This document shows, piece after piece, positions 1 through 7,471 of a stretch of DNA of 28,668 nucleotides (position 1 is its first letter; each line of letters begins with the position of its first letter). A program made the translations under genes and the position numbers. The notes under the pieces were generated by a model that was not told where the DNA came from, did no database searches, and worked only from the letters and a program-made list of their open reading frames with translations. The stretch comes from a virus. Its lineage: Duplodnaviria; Caudoviricetes. Location of the stretch: positions 1 through 28,668 of IMG/VR virus record IMGVR_UViG_3300030372_000996; one strand, written 5' to 3'.

Positions 1-596
1 ATAGCATTGGTCAAGTGTAAACGCTTCTTAACTTTATTCTTAGCCATGCGTTCAAATACACCATCACCACCGCGCAACGCCAACGGATGATCTGACTTAG
101 GTATAAAGAATTTGCCACCCTTCTGCGTTACTCCGGCCAGTATCTTATTAATATTATTTCTAGTCATATTACCTGACGCATTCAGCCGCGTGTCTTTTGT
201 AGGAGTGGCATAACGAAACTTTGACGCGCCCTTGCCCCTGTTTCTGATTGCACCCTCAAACGCTTTTGGTGATCGTCCACCGCCTTGCTGTTGAACCTCT
301 AAATAATGTTGCTTGGATGGAACTGTGTTGGATGATGTTCCACTGGCTCGATCCTTTCGCTTAATAATAGTTCTAGGATTATTTTTTCTCGCCGGTATGA
401 AGAAGAATGCGTTTCTAGTCCATGCAGTAGGATTGCTGAATATTGTTGTGATGTCTCGCTTATTCTGCTCCACCAAGGTTTTGGATGCCAGTGTCAATGA
501 CTTGGCGGTAGCAAATGGCATCTGCCTTGCCACCATATTCGACATCTTAGCATTGACCTGTTTACTATTCGAACTGAACCTGAACGACATCACCAT
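1..596 (-). CDS. gpZ-like tail completion/neck protein, 3' end truncated by the window edge
   Basis: Not in the ORF track. Manual translation is open from ATG 596 to the edge (198 codons): MVMSFRFSSNSKQVNAKMSNMVARQMPFATAKSLT...NPTAWTRNAFF...YLEVQQQGGGRSPKAFE. SD AGGAG lies 7 nt upstream. The QxPFAxAxxLT and YL..Q..GG.R..K motifs resemble the basic gpZ-like family found beside terminases. Confidence 0.75.
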   Translation of the reverse strand, partial: MVMSFRFSSNSKQVNAKMSNMVARQMPFATAKSLTLASKTLVEQNKRDITTIFSNPTAWTRNAFFFIPARKNNPRTIIKRKDRASGTSSNTVPSKQHYLEVQQQGGGRSPKAFEGAIRNRGKGASKFRYATPTKDTRLNASGNMTRNNINKILAGVTQKGGKFFIPKSDHPLALRGGDGVFERMAKNKVKKRLHLTNA

Positions 597-611
597 GTTT
601 CAACTCCTATC

Positions 612-640
612 AAAAGAAGCCCCACCAGTAAAGGCAGGGC
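612..640 (-). terminator. Intrinsic terminator just upstream of the gpZ-like RBS
   Basis: Minus strand reads GCCCTGCC-tttact-GGTGGGGC-TTCTTTT. Two G-U pairs form only on the minus strand. Confidence 0.65.
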
Positions 641-712
641 AGTTTGAGAGACAGCATTTGAGCAAAAGGACGGACTGTGTAAGACTGTCTCTTTCAGGGA
701 GGTAAATGTCCA
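612..712 (-). ncRNA. Candidate ~100-nt small RNA or late leader RNA
   Basis: Extended -10 TGnTATCAT at 726-718, a 5' CCUCCC motif, an 8-bp stem AGAGACAG/CTGTCTCT (692-685 with 654-647) and a terminator. Confidence 0.45.
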
Positions 713-717
713 CCAAC

Positions 718-726
718 ATGATACCA
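718..726 (-). promoter_or_regulatory. Extended -10 promoter element (candidate late promoter)
   Basis: TGGTATCAT on the minus strand. No clear -35. Confidence 0.4.
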
Positions 727-736
727 CATTCTTTTC

Positions 737-892
737 TCATTTTATAGTCTGATGTCGCAGTGCTTTAGCCAGGTCAACAATCAGATGTGGAAACTCCTTC
801 AACGGAACTTCTCCAACCAGATCGCCATTATACCAAATCTTGAGAACATCGCCATAAACTGCCCACCGCGTTTTATTTTCTTCTAGCTTCAT
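737..892 (-). CDS. Hypothetical phage protein (51 aa)
   Basis: ORF track gives 737..922. The start is more likely ATG 892, in an ATGA overlap with the upstream stop. Confidence 0.7.
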   Translation of the reverse strand: MKLEENKTRWAVYGDVLKIWYNGDLVGEVPLKEFPHLIVDLAKALRHQTIK

Positions 893-1701
893 CCAGTACA
901 CTCTCCAAAGTCTTTTTGGCATAAGTATGCTTCATCATCAAAGATAAAGCTGCCCTGCCTTTCCACGAAGTCTCCAAGCTCTTTATAGCTTCTAGTCTTA
1001 TTAAAGGTATGTCCAATCCTTTGTTCAAGATCAGACCACCATTGCATTCGTTCGGGATGCTCTCGCCACATGGCTGCTAGTGTTGCCTCAGATTTCAGAA
1101 AACATCCATCACAATTACCTGCACCCTTCATCACCCTCAAATCAAAATCATGATTGCTCCAAAAGCTATTCACATCATGCACAGACACAAAGTCATCAAC
1201 TAATGGAAACCAATTTGTCCACCGATTATCTTTAGATGTCTTTGCTCGATGCGCTTCATCTTTGCGAATGCCAACTGTGTTATTCCACCGTTTCCAACCA
1301 TGACGGACTAAATATCTCTTGATCGTGAGAACTTTCATTTCTTGAGTGCAGTACCTTATTGCTTGGTTAGGTAAAAATCTATCAGATGCTTTTTTTAAAA
1401 TGGCTTGTTCAAATGGTTCACCATTGCGACTAGCTGCATTGTGATTAACAATTTCAAACTTTGGCTTGTGTTGGGAATACTCCAACCAAACAATCGGCAC
1501 ATTCCAACGCTCAGAACATTCTTGCACGAAGTCCAGTGTCTCCGGCATTTCGCGGCCAGTATTTGCAAACACGACTTTCGCACGATCCGGCAAGTCTCCA
1601 TTCGCTTCTAATATTTTGTGCAGCATGAAACCAGAAGTCCGGCCACCGCTAAAACTGATCAACACATTCCCATCAGGTAAGGTATAATTATTTTTTGGCA
1701 T
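889..1701 (-). CDS. PAPS reductase-family (PP-loop adenine nucleotide alpha-hydrolase) protein
   Basis: SFSGGRTS PP-loop, FANTGRE, GIRKDEAHR and GNCDGCFLK motifs. Start is ATG 1701 (MPKNN) or 1719. Confidence 0.88.
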   Translation of the reverse strand: MPKNNYTLPDGNVLISFSGGRTSGFMLHKILEANGDLPDRAKVVFANTGREMPETLDFVQECSERWNVPIVWLEYSQHKPKFEIVNHNAASRNGEPFEQAILKKASDRFLPNQAIRYCTQEMKVLTIKRYLVRHGWKRWNNTVGIRKDEAHRAKTSKDNRWTNWFPLVDDFVSVHDVNSFWSNHDFDLRVMKGAGNCDGCFLKSEATLAAMWREHPERMQWWSDLEQRIGHTFNKTRSYKELGDFVERQGSFIFDDEAYLCQKDFGECTG

Positions 1702-1867
1702 TCCTTCGCTCCAACTCATACTTTCTATTTAAAATCATGTTGCGTTCATCTGCCGTCCATTCTGGAAACACTGCATCATCGAATATGTTAAATATTTCCC
1801 TCCGGTTCAAGAAACCATCTAACTCCAAAAGACAATCTATTTTCATCAATTTACTTTCTAAGTCCAT
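1688..1867 (-). CDS. Hypothetical phage protein
   Basis: ORF between the origin and the PAPS-like gene, overlapping the downstream start. Likely start MDLESK at 1867 (ORF track 1900). Confidence 0.65.
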   Translation of the reverse strand: MDLESKLMKIDCLLELDGFLNRREIFNIFDDAVFPEWTADERNMILNRKYELERRNAKK

Positions 1868-1868
1868 T

Positions 1869-2125
1869 GGACATTTCCTGTCATTCGGACAATCGGACAA
1901 ACCCTAAAGGGTTTTGTCCTGTCCGTCCGGTTAATGACGCCGGACAAAATCCGGACTGTCCGCTAAATGTCCGATTTGTCCGATTTTGCGTAAACCATTG
2001 TTTCATCAGAAGAAATTAACTCCGCGTCCTGACACTCTTGAAATGTCCGTTGGAATGTTCTGGCATAATTGTCCGATTTTAAGTCCGATACTTGGACAAG
2101 TGATTTTTCGAACAATGTCCGGACG
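1869..2125. repeat. Putative replication origin: iterated GGACA/TGTCC(G) motifs around a central palindrome
   Basis: More than a dozen TGTCC(G)/(C)GGAC(A) copies in both orientations. Near-palindrome GGACAAACCCT-AA-AGGGTTTTGTCC at 1895-1919. Located at the 3' end of the primase-helicase gene. Confidence 0.75.
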
Positions 2126-3795
2126 TTTTCGATGGGTATTTGGCTATCTGTTCCTCTAGCTTCATTGAACGCATCCATAAACCTTTTCTTGTGTCCAGTG
2201 AGCCTTTTATCTGCAAACTTTGGACGGCTATCCTGACAAATATCTAAGACGATGCTAGTGGATGTCTGCAAGTCTGATCCGATAATCTCAACTTGTCTGT
2301 GCAGAAAGTTCATTGGTTCTGGTGTCATCGCATCCTTCATTTTGGTAAACTTTACCTCGACTTTATTGTTAGCATCATCACCCCATTTCTCCACCTTAAA
2401 TTCTGCATCAACCGCGCCAAGCAATGCAGACGATCCTCTAGCTCGATCCTTGGCTGCCGAACTGTGGCCGGTGTGGTGAACAGCCAGAACAGTGCAATCA
2501 TACGCATCACGGACGTCATCAACGGCTCTGATCATTGCCCCCATGTCTTTGGTGCTATTTTCATCAGCCGCGCCCATTGACCTGGCTAATGTATCAATAA
2601 CAATCAACTGAGGTTCTCCATGCTCCTGCACCATCGCATCAATGGTGTCTAGCAACTCTGTCACGCCGCTATCTTCAGTCATAATGATGGCACGGCTAGA
2701 CTTGAAGAATGGCACACCCTTCAAGCTTGTTTGCCGATCCTTTGACCAAGCTGCCGCCCTTCGAGCAAAACCGTTGTGACCTTCACCGGCAATATAAAAG
2801 ACTGCACCTTGTTTAACATCATGGTCAAAGAACTTTTGGCCGGTTGCTATAGATAAAGCCATATCTAAGACTAAAAATGTTTTACCGGCTGCCGGAGAAC
2901 CAAAGCAAACCGCAAATGTATTTGTCTCTATCAGTCCATCTATAAGCCACTCAGGAGCCTTAAAATCCAACTCACCCAAAGGCATGAATAATGGTTTGGG
3001 CATTCTGACACGCTTCAGTTCTTTCTCCACGGCTAAATTACCGTGTTTAAGCATGATGTCATTCCAATCGGCTCCGGTTTCTCTTGGCGCACGATAGGGC
3101 AAACCTGTTTCTTTTGCGGCCTTTATTCCGGCTTCATCGTTGTCAGCCGCCACAATGAACCGACATTCTGGCCTAGCTTCTTGCAATAGTTTCGCCACCT
3201 TGACCAAGTTACCGCTATTGAGAGTAAATACAGCCGGTCTTGAGGTGCTTTGCGTTACACTGCAAGCTGTCGCAAATCCTTCTGCCAAATAGCAAACACC
3301 GGTTAACTTACCGCCAACGACAAAGAAGTTCCCTTCAACTGGTGCGCCTTGTTTGAACTTTTTTTTGCCGTCTGGTGTGATGGTTTGTTGGTTCACACGC
3401 TTACCAGTGATGTCCACAATCGGAACAACAATATCCGATCCAACCTGAACGGCTCCATGAAGATCAATGCCTTTTCTTATATGATATGGCTCGATCTTCT
3501 TAAAATCGGATAGATCGTTGACTGCAACCGGTTCCCATCGTTCTGCTTCCTGTTCAGTTGGGAGAACGCCGTCATGCTGCATTTCTTCTTTGATCTGCTT
3601 AAAATCATCACATTGTCGGCAAAACCATTTCACCAATCCTTGGTGTTCCTTGATCCAGAACCGATCAGTGCCGCCACAAGCGGGACAACTTCCGTGATAT
3701 TCTCCCTTTACCGTTTGCTTTAAATTGTACTTATTTATTATGCTGTCAGAGTATTCACCCCAATATATAGTCGGGTATTTGCTTTTATTATCCAT
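1963..3795 (-). CDS. Primase-helicase (Zn finger, Toprim, RepA/AAA_25-type helicase)
   Basis: CPACGGTDRF...CRQC zinc finger; AEGFATA and AADND Toprim motifs; Walker A GSPAAGKT; Walker B LIVIDT; HHTG...RARGSSAL. Confidence 0.95.
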   Translation of the reverse strand: MDNKSKYPTIYWGEYSDSIINKYNLKQTVKGEYHGSCPACGGTDRFWIKEHQGLVKWFCRQCDDFKQIKEEMQHDGVLPTEQEAERWEPVAVNDLSDFKKIEPYHIRKGIDLHGAVQVGSDIVVPIVDITGKRVNQQTITPDGKKKFKQGAPVEGNFFVVGGKLTGVCYLAEGFATACSVTQSTSRPAVFTLNSGNLVKVAKLLQEARPECRFIVAADNDEAGIKAAKETGLPYRAPRETGADWNDIMLKHGNLAVEKELKRVRMPKPLFMPLGELDFKAPEWLIDGLIETNTFAVCFGSPAAGKTFLVLDMALSIATGQKFFDHDVKQGAVFYIAGEGHNGFARRAAAWSKDRQTSLKGVPFFKSSRAIIMTEDSGVTELLDTIDAMVQEHGEPQLIVIDTLARSMGAADENSTKDMGAMIRAVDDVRDAYDCTVLAVHHTGHSSAAKDRARGSSALLGAVDAEFKVEKWGDDANNKVEVKFTKMKDAMTPEPMNFLHRQVEIIGSDLQTSTSIVLDICQDSRPKFADKRLTGHKKRFMDAFNEARGTDSQIPIENVRTLFEKSLVQVSDLKSDNYARTFQRTFQECQDAELISSDETMVYAKSDKSDI

Positions 3796-3807
3796 ATGTC
3801 GTATAAA
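3779..3807 (+). promoter_or_regulatory. Sigma70-type antisense promoter overlapping the primase start codon
   Basis: TTGCTT (3779-3784), 17-nt spacer, TATAAA (3802-3807). Confidence 0.6.
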
Positions 3808-3812
3808 CCCTT

Positions 3813-3880
3813 ATACCTTGCTCGTTAACTGGTATGTCATTGAACTGGAGCCGCACCCCCCTTTATGCGGCTCCTTTTTC
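3813..3880 (+). ncRNA. Candidate counter-transcribed antisense RNA (~65 nt) to the primase leader
   Basis: Bounded by the promoter above and a plus-strand terminator. Has a 5' hairpin ATACC...GGTAT. Confidence 0.55.
3847..3880 (+). terminator. Intrinsic terminator oriented opposite to the flanking genes
   Basis: GGAGCCGCA-ccccccttta-TGCGGCTCC-TTTTTCTT. Perfect 9-bp stem, with a U-tract only on the plus strand. Confidence 0.75.
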
Positions 3881-3890
3881 TTCTATAACG

Positions 3891-4604
3891 CTAAAAAGGG
3901 ATTTCGTCATCAAAATCTGGAGTTGGTGTAGATGACGCCGCCTCAAGTGACCCACCAGTTGCGTCTGGTTGCTTTGATGGCGGCAAACCAAACGGATCGG
4001 GTTTAGTCTCTCCAACAGGCTTAAAATCAGCCTCAACACTATTTGCATCCGGTTGACCTTCGACTTCCATATGCTTCTTTTCAAAGTCATCATCAGTTCT
4101 GTAAACGGCTTTTGTGACTTGAACAGTGTCCAACAATAAGCTGATCCCTGTTGTATTATCCCTTGGGTTTTTGCTTGGATAAGCCAGAACTCTTAAGGTG
4201 CCGACTGATCCACTCCAAATCCTTTTATCTGCAAGATCATTCAGGTTTCCGTCCAGCACCTTCGGAGCCTCGTTTAACGTGCCGTCTGCCTTAGTGCCGT
4301 TCCTTTTGGCTGAAAATACAACTGTGCCATCATCACGCTTCTTCATGCCAAATACATTTTGGAATGTGCCAATGGAAGGATCAGACGCTTTACGCTCGTT
4401 AAAATGCGCTTGCAATTCCTTCCATAGCTTTTGAGCTTCTTCTGATGACACCATAAAGCCGCATGACCAAGATGCCTGATTTGCAGTTTGAATGCACGGT
4501 TCAGATGTTTCTTTCTGGTTATCCCATTTGTAGGTCTGATCCAGTTTAGGATACTGCAACTGCTTATCATGCAGCATGAATTTCTTGAAATTAGGGTTTG
4601 CCAT
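3891..4604 (-). CDS. ssb: Single-stranded DNA-binding protein (gp2.5-like)
   Basis: Acidic C-terminus DFDDEIPF; IWSGS...GISLLLDTVQV motif; SD AAAGGAG upstream of ATG 4604; located between the exonuclease and primase genes. Confidence 0.8.
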   Translation of the reverse strand: MANPNFKKFMLHDKQLQYPKLDQTYKWDNQKETSEPCIQTANQASWSCGFMVSSEEAQKLWKELQAHFNERKASDPSIGTFQNVFGMKKRDDGTVVFSAKRNGTKADGTLNEAPKVLDGNLNDLADKRIWSGSVGTLRVLAYPSKNPRDNTTGISLLLDTVQVTKAVYRTDDDFEKKHMEVEGQPDANSVEADFKPVGETKPDPFGLPPSKQPDATGGSLEAASSTPTPDFDDEIPF

Positions 4605-4608
4605 TGAT

Positions 4609-5406
4609 TTATTCTCCTTTATCAAAGTCTAGGTTATCTGCCATCCATTTGGGTGGATTTAGCATTGTGAAGCGTTCCCAACCGGTTGTATAAGTGTCGG
4701 TTTGCTTTGCTTCAGCAATTTCTTTCAATGCCCTCATCACATCGTTTTTGGCCAACTGCATGGCATCCATCGACATAACGTGCATATGCGAAATGTAGGG
4801 TTCTGTGTTACCGGCTGCCAAGAATGCAAAGTGTGTGACTTCCCATCCGGCCAGTTGTGCAACATAAGTATAGAAAAATGCTTGAGCATCGTAACGATAT
4901 TTATAGCACTGTCTGACAAAGCCTTGAGGTGATGGATCAACAGTGCATTTAATATCTGCCATCGCTTTTTTGTCAGGATCATACAAATCCGGACGGCATC
5001 GCAACTTTAGACCTGTCTCTGGACAATCCACAAATATACTATGCTCGATCTTTGCGTTGGGTGCTTCCAATGTCTTTTTGCAAACGTCATCTTCTAGCAA
5101 TGTTGCTGCAATCGCTTGCGACTTGTCATAATCACCTTCAGTCAGCAAAAGTTTCTTGGTGAAGTCTGCCTCGGTCAAGGCTTCTTTCCAAGCATTGCCG
5201 CGTCTGGTTTCCGGTCCTCTAATTATATTTTTGCCACCTTCTAGCCTAATGTCATGCACGGCTGTTCCAATATCCATTGCCGGACTTGACTTGTGAACCT
5301 TGTGATGCCAATGCCAAACGCTTTCCAACAGTACTGTCTTAACGTCTGATGAACTTATGCCATCCGATGCATGATAGTCGGCATTTGATAGATTATCTTT
5401 GATCAT
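4609..5406 (-). CDS. RecE/exonuclease VIII-like PD-(D/E)XK nuclease (DUF3799-like)
   Basis: LSNADYH...ISSS, GTAVH, LRCRPD, ADIK and YRYDAQAFFY motifs. SD GAGG. Confidence 0.88.
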   Translation of the reverse strand: MIKDNLSNADYHASDGISSSDVKTVLLESVWHWHHKVHKSSPAMDIGTAVHDIRLEGGKNIIRGPETRRGNAWKEALTEADFTKKLLLTEGDYDKSQAIAATLLEDDVCKKTLEAPNAKIEHSIFVDCPETGLKLRCRPDLYDPDKKAMADIKCTVDPSPQGFVRQCYKYRYDAQAFFYTYVAQLAGWEVTHFAFLAAGNTEPYISHMHVMSMDAMQLAKNDVMRALKEIAEAKQTDTYTTGWERFTMLNPPKWMADNLDFDKGE

Positions 5407-5421
5407 TGTTTACCTCTCATT

Positions 5422-5976
5422 TTATATCCAACCTATTTGTGGCTGTGTTTCTGATCCTGTTTCCCAAACAAACCAAGCTAAACACATCATGCCACCCTTG
5501 TAAGACTGACCGTCTTTTAACAAAGACATTCTTTTAGAAAATACCCAAATTCTTTTTGGTGGATGATGTTGAAAGAATTTAGCTCTTGCTACTCCCTCAA
5601 GAAATGTGATCTTTAACAAAAAGGCTGTTTTGTATCTTGCTATTTTTTGTGAATGTTCAGCCATAAGCAAAGCCATTTTTGCATATGGTGGATTTGTTAT
5701 AATATTATCTCTTTTCTCTCTCTCAAATAAAAAGTCTCTTCTTGGCGTACCGAAACCACGATCAACTAAATCAGAACTTTCCACGCTGTAACCGTGTTCT
5801 ATTAATCGTTTACTTATATGACCTTCTCCGCAACAAGGTTCAAAAATATTTCCTTCAAAGTTTTCAACCGATAAGAGAGCATCAACAGCTTCCGGAGGAG
5901 TTGCATAATAATCATCTTTTTGCCTATCTCCACGCAAATTAAATCCAATCATTTTCATTGCAGAATCAACATTCAA
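5422..5976 (-). CDS. Small DNA amino-methyltransferase (probably m6A)
   Basis: DYYATP, motif I IFEPCCGEG and motif IV IITNPPY. Start uncertain (TTG 5976 or ATG 5958). Confidence 0.8.
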   Translation of the reverse strand: MNVDSAMKMIGFNLRGDRQKDDYYATPPEAVDALLSVENFEGNIFEPCCGEGHISKRLIEHGYSVESSDLVDRGFGTPRRDFLFEREKRDNIITNPPYAKMALLMAEHSQKIARYKTAFLLKITFLEGVARAKFFQHHPPKRIWVFSKRMSLLKDGQSYKGGMMCLAWFVWETGSETQPQIGWI

Positions 5977-6376
5977 TATTCATTATTTCCCTTACTAAAT
6001 AGCAAAACCCTTCAATCGATAGTTCCACCAATATTTCGCCATCGTCTTGCTTACCATATATCTTTGCAATGGCTTCCAAACTGACAACTGCCCTTGGAGG
6101 GTAGCGATCATATTTATAGATGACACATGGCATTCTGTTTGCAGCTATTGCCGCTTTTTCGGATTGCGCCCACCATTCTGATTTGCAGCCGCGTCCATTT
6201 GCATAGTGTTTAGCTTCAATGGAAAAGGGAAATCGCTCGTTATCTGGGATTAGATCGCCGCCTTGTGCGGTTCTATATTGTTCTAAGTTTCTGGTGAAAT
6301 TGATACCCAATTCTAAGAATAACAATTTAGCCAGGTCACGTTCCCATTTCGCACCCTTGTTCCTACTGTTAGCCAT
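5966..6376 (-). CDS. Holliday junction resolvase-like PD-(D/E)XK nuclease
   Basis: SRNKGAKWERDLA, GGDLI, SIEAK and WWAQ motifs. SD GGAGG upstream. Confidence 0.8.
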   Translation of the reverse strand: MANSRNKGAKWERDLAKLLFLELGINFTRNLEQYRTAQGGDLIPDNERFPFSIEAKHYANGRGCKSEWWAQSEKAAIAANRMPCVIYKYDRYPPRAVVSLEAIAKIYGKQDDGEILVELSIEGFCYLVREIMNIEC

Positions 6377-6548
6377 CGCCGTCAATATCCTCCGGCTTTA
6401 GCTGTTGAAGCTGAATGCCCTGTTTGTTAGCATCATTTAGAGCGCAAACCCTAAGATATGTTGCCAATGGCATTCCTGAATTATTGGCGGCAAGTGTCAG
6501 AACTGCGTGTTGTGCTTCTGACATTACCACCCTGCTTTCTTTCTTCAT
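6369..6548 (-). CDS. Ribbon-helix-helix-like DNA-binding protein (59 aa)
   Basis: Not in the ORF track. MKKESRVVMSEAQHAVLTLAANNSGMPLATYLRVCALNDANKQGIQLQQLKPEDIDGDG, with a strong SD AAAGGAG. Strand-helix-G-helix pattern. First gene of the leftward operon. Confidence 0.75.
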   Translation of the reverse strand: MKKESRVVMSEAQHAVLTLAANNSGMPLATYLRVCALNDANKQGIQLQQLKPEDIDGDG

Positions 6549-6572
6549 TTAGTCTCCTTTGTTTTGCATAGG

Positions 6573-6601
6573 ACGCTAAACGGATTTATTTGGGATGACA
6601 A
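6573..6601 (-). promoter_or_regulatory. Leftward sigma70 promoter of the replication operon
   Basis: TTGTCA-N17-TAGCGT on the minus strand. Confidence 0.55.
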
Positions 6602-6624
6602 TAGTATTTTTTTAACATTACCTC

Positions 6625-6653
6625 TTGCAATAGGATGTTTATAGGATTATATT
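6625..6653 (+). promoter_or_regulatory. Rightward sigma70 early promoter
   Basis: TTGCAA-N17-TATATT with an AT-rich upstream tract. Confidence 0.7.
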
Positions 6654-6683
6654 CTTATTAAGAAAACAGCAAAGGAAAATAAA

Positions 6684-7001
6684 ATGACAGACCAAGTAAC
6701 ATTTAGAAGATTATTCGTTGAAGATTTACTAGACATGGATGACAATAGAGTTTCTGGTTATGTTTATCTTACGGAAGGTCAAGAGAAGCCAGAAGCAGAT
6801 GATTGGCTTGATCACTTTCTGCACATCCGAAAAGTAACTAAAAATGATCATCCAAGTTGGGGTGGCAAGAAATATCATTTGGGTGTGGATCGCAGTGAGT
6901 ATGCAAGCGACAATCTTGCAGAACTAGAAGGTCATTTATTTGATTGGGCTGAAGGTGAATATCACGAAGGTAATTATCAGATTGTGGAACACACAGCATG
7001 A
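6684..7001 (+). CDS. Hypothetical early protein (acidic, 105 aa)
   Basis: SD AAAGGA. First ORF after the promoter, with an ATGA overlap to the next gene. Confidence 0.8.
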   Translation: MTDQVTFRRLFVEDLLDMDDNRVSGYVYLTEGQEKPEADDWLDHFLHIRKVTKNDHPSWGGKKYHLGVDRSEYASDNLAELEGHLFDWAEGEYHEGNYQIVEHTA

Positions 7002-7189
7002 ATTACGAATACATAAATAATCAGTATGTGTTTCAGATTGACCAAGCCAGAAGATGTTTACTGATGGCCAAAGAACACACCAAGCAAATGCAAGAGCATC
7101 CGACAGAAGATGCGGCATCTATTGCAGAACTAGACAGCAAGATTGATGAATTGATTGCTGAACTAAATGACAGAAGAAAAGGGAAATAG
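6998..7189 (+). CDS. Hypothetical coiled-coil protein
   Basis: Translationally coupled ORF. Confidence 0.7.
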   Translation: MNYEYINNQYVFQIDQARRCLLMAKEHTKQMQEHPTEDAASIAELDSKIDELIAELNDRRKGK

Positions 7190-7190
7190 A

Positions 7191-7286
7191 ATGCTTGATA
7201 AACAGGACATCATTATTTTCATTATAGCGATCATATTTATGACTATTATTGCAACCAACATTGACAGCTTTTTTGTAGTTCAATGA
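7191..7286 (+). CDS. Small membrane peptide (31 aa)
   Basis: Manual translation MLDKQDIIIFIIAIIFMTIIATNIDSFFVVQ. Fills the gap exactly and has an ATGA overlap with the next gene. Confidence 0.65.
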   Translation: MLDKQDIIIFIIAIIFMTIIATNIDSFFVVQ

Positions 7287-7471
7287 TCTGCAAAAGATGT
7301 AATGGATCGGGCAAGATAGAGGTAAAGACAATTTACCCGATATTTTTTATGCCGCACTTTGCTAAAGTTGAGGTAAGATTAATATCATGCCCAAATTGTG
7401 AGGAGAAAGCAGATGGATATTTCACCAAGAGATCGGGAGATCAGACAGACACTAATTCAAACAGTAGATAG
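7283..7471 (+). CDS. Small DnaJ-type zinc-finger protein
   Basis: CKRCNGSG ... CPNC. Confidence 0.65.
   Translation: MICKRCNGSGKIEVKTIYPIFFMPHFAKVEVRLISCPNCEEKADGYFTKRSGDQTDTNSNSR

Noticed and set aside
313-705. 130-aa plus-strand ORF
   Set aside because: Shadow of the minus-strand gpZ-like gene, which has an SD and family motifs. It has a TTG start and no recognisable motifs.
697-747. Plus-strand GGGAGG-TAA-ATG mini-ORF (MSTNMIPHSFLIL)
   Set aside because: SD-to-ATG spacing is too short and there is no plus-strand promoter. Better explained as the complement of an anti-SD seed.
1869-2125. Repeat cluster as a CRISPR array
   Set aside because: Repeats are 5-7 nt, irregularly spaced and in both orientations. 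No cas genes.
3863-4093. 76-aa alternative-frame ORF in ssb
   Set aside because: Lies almost entirely within a well-supported gene, with no SD or motif.
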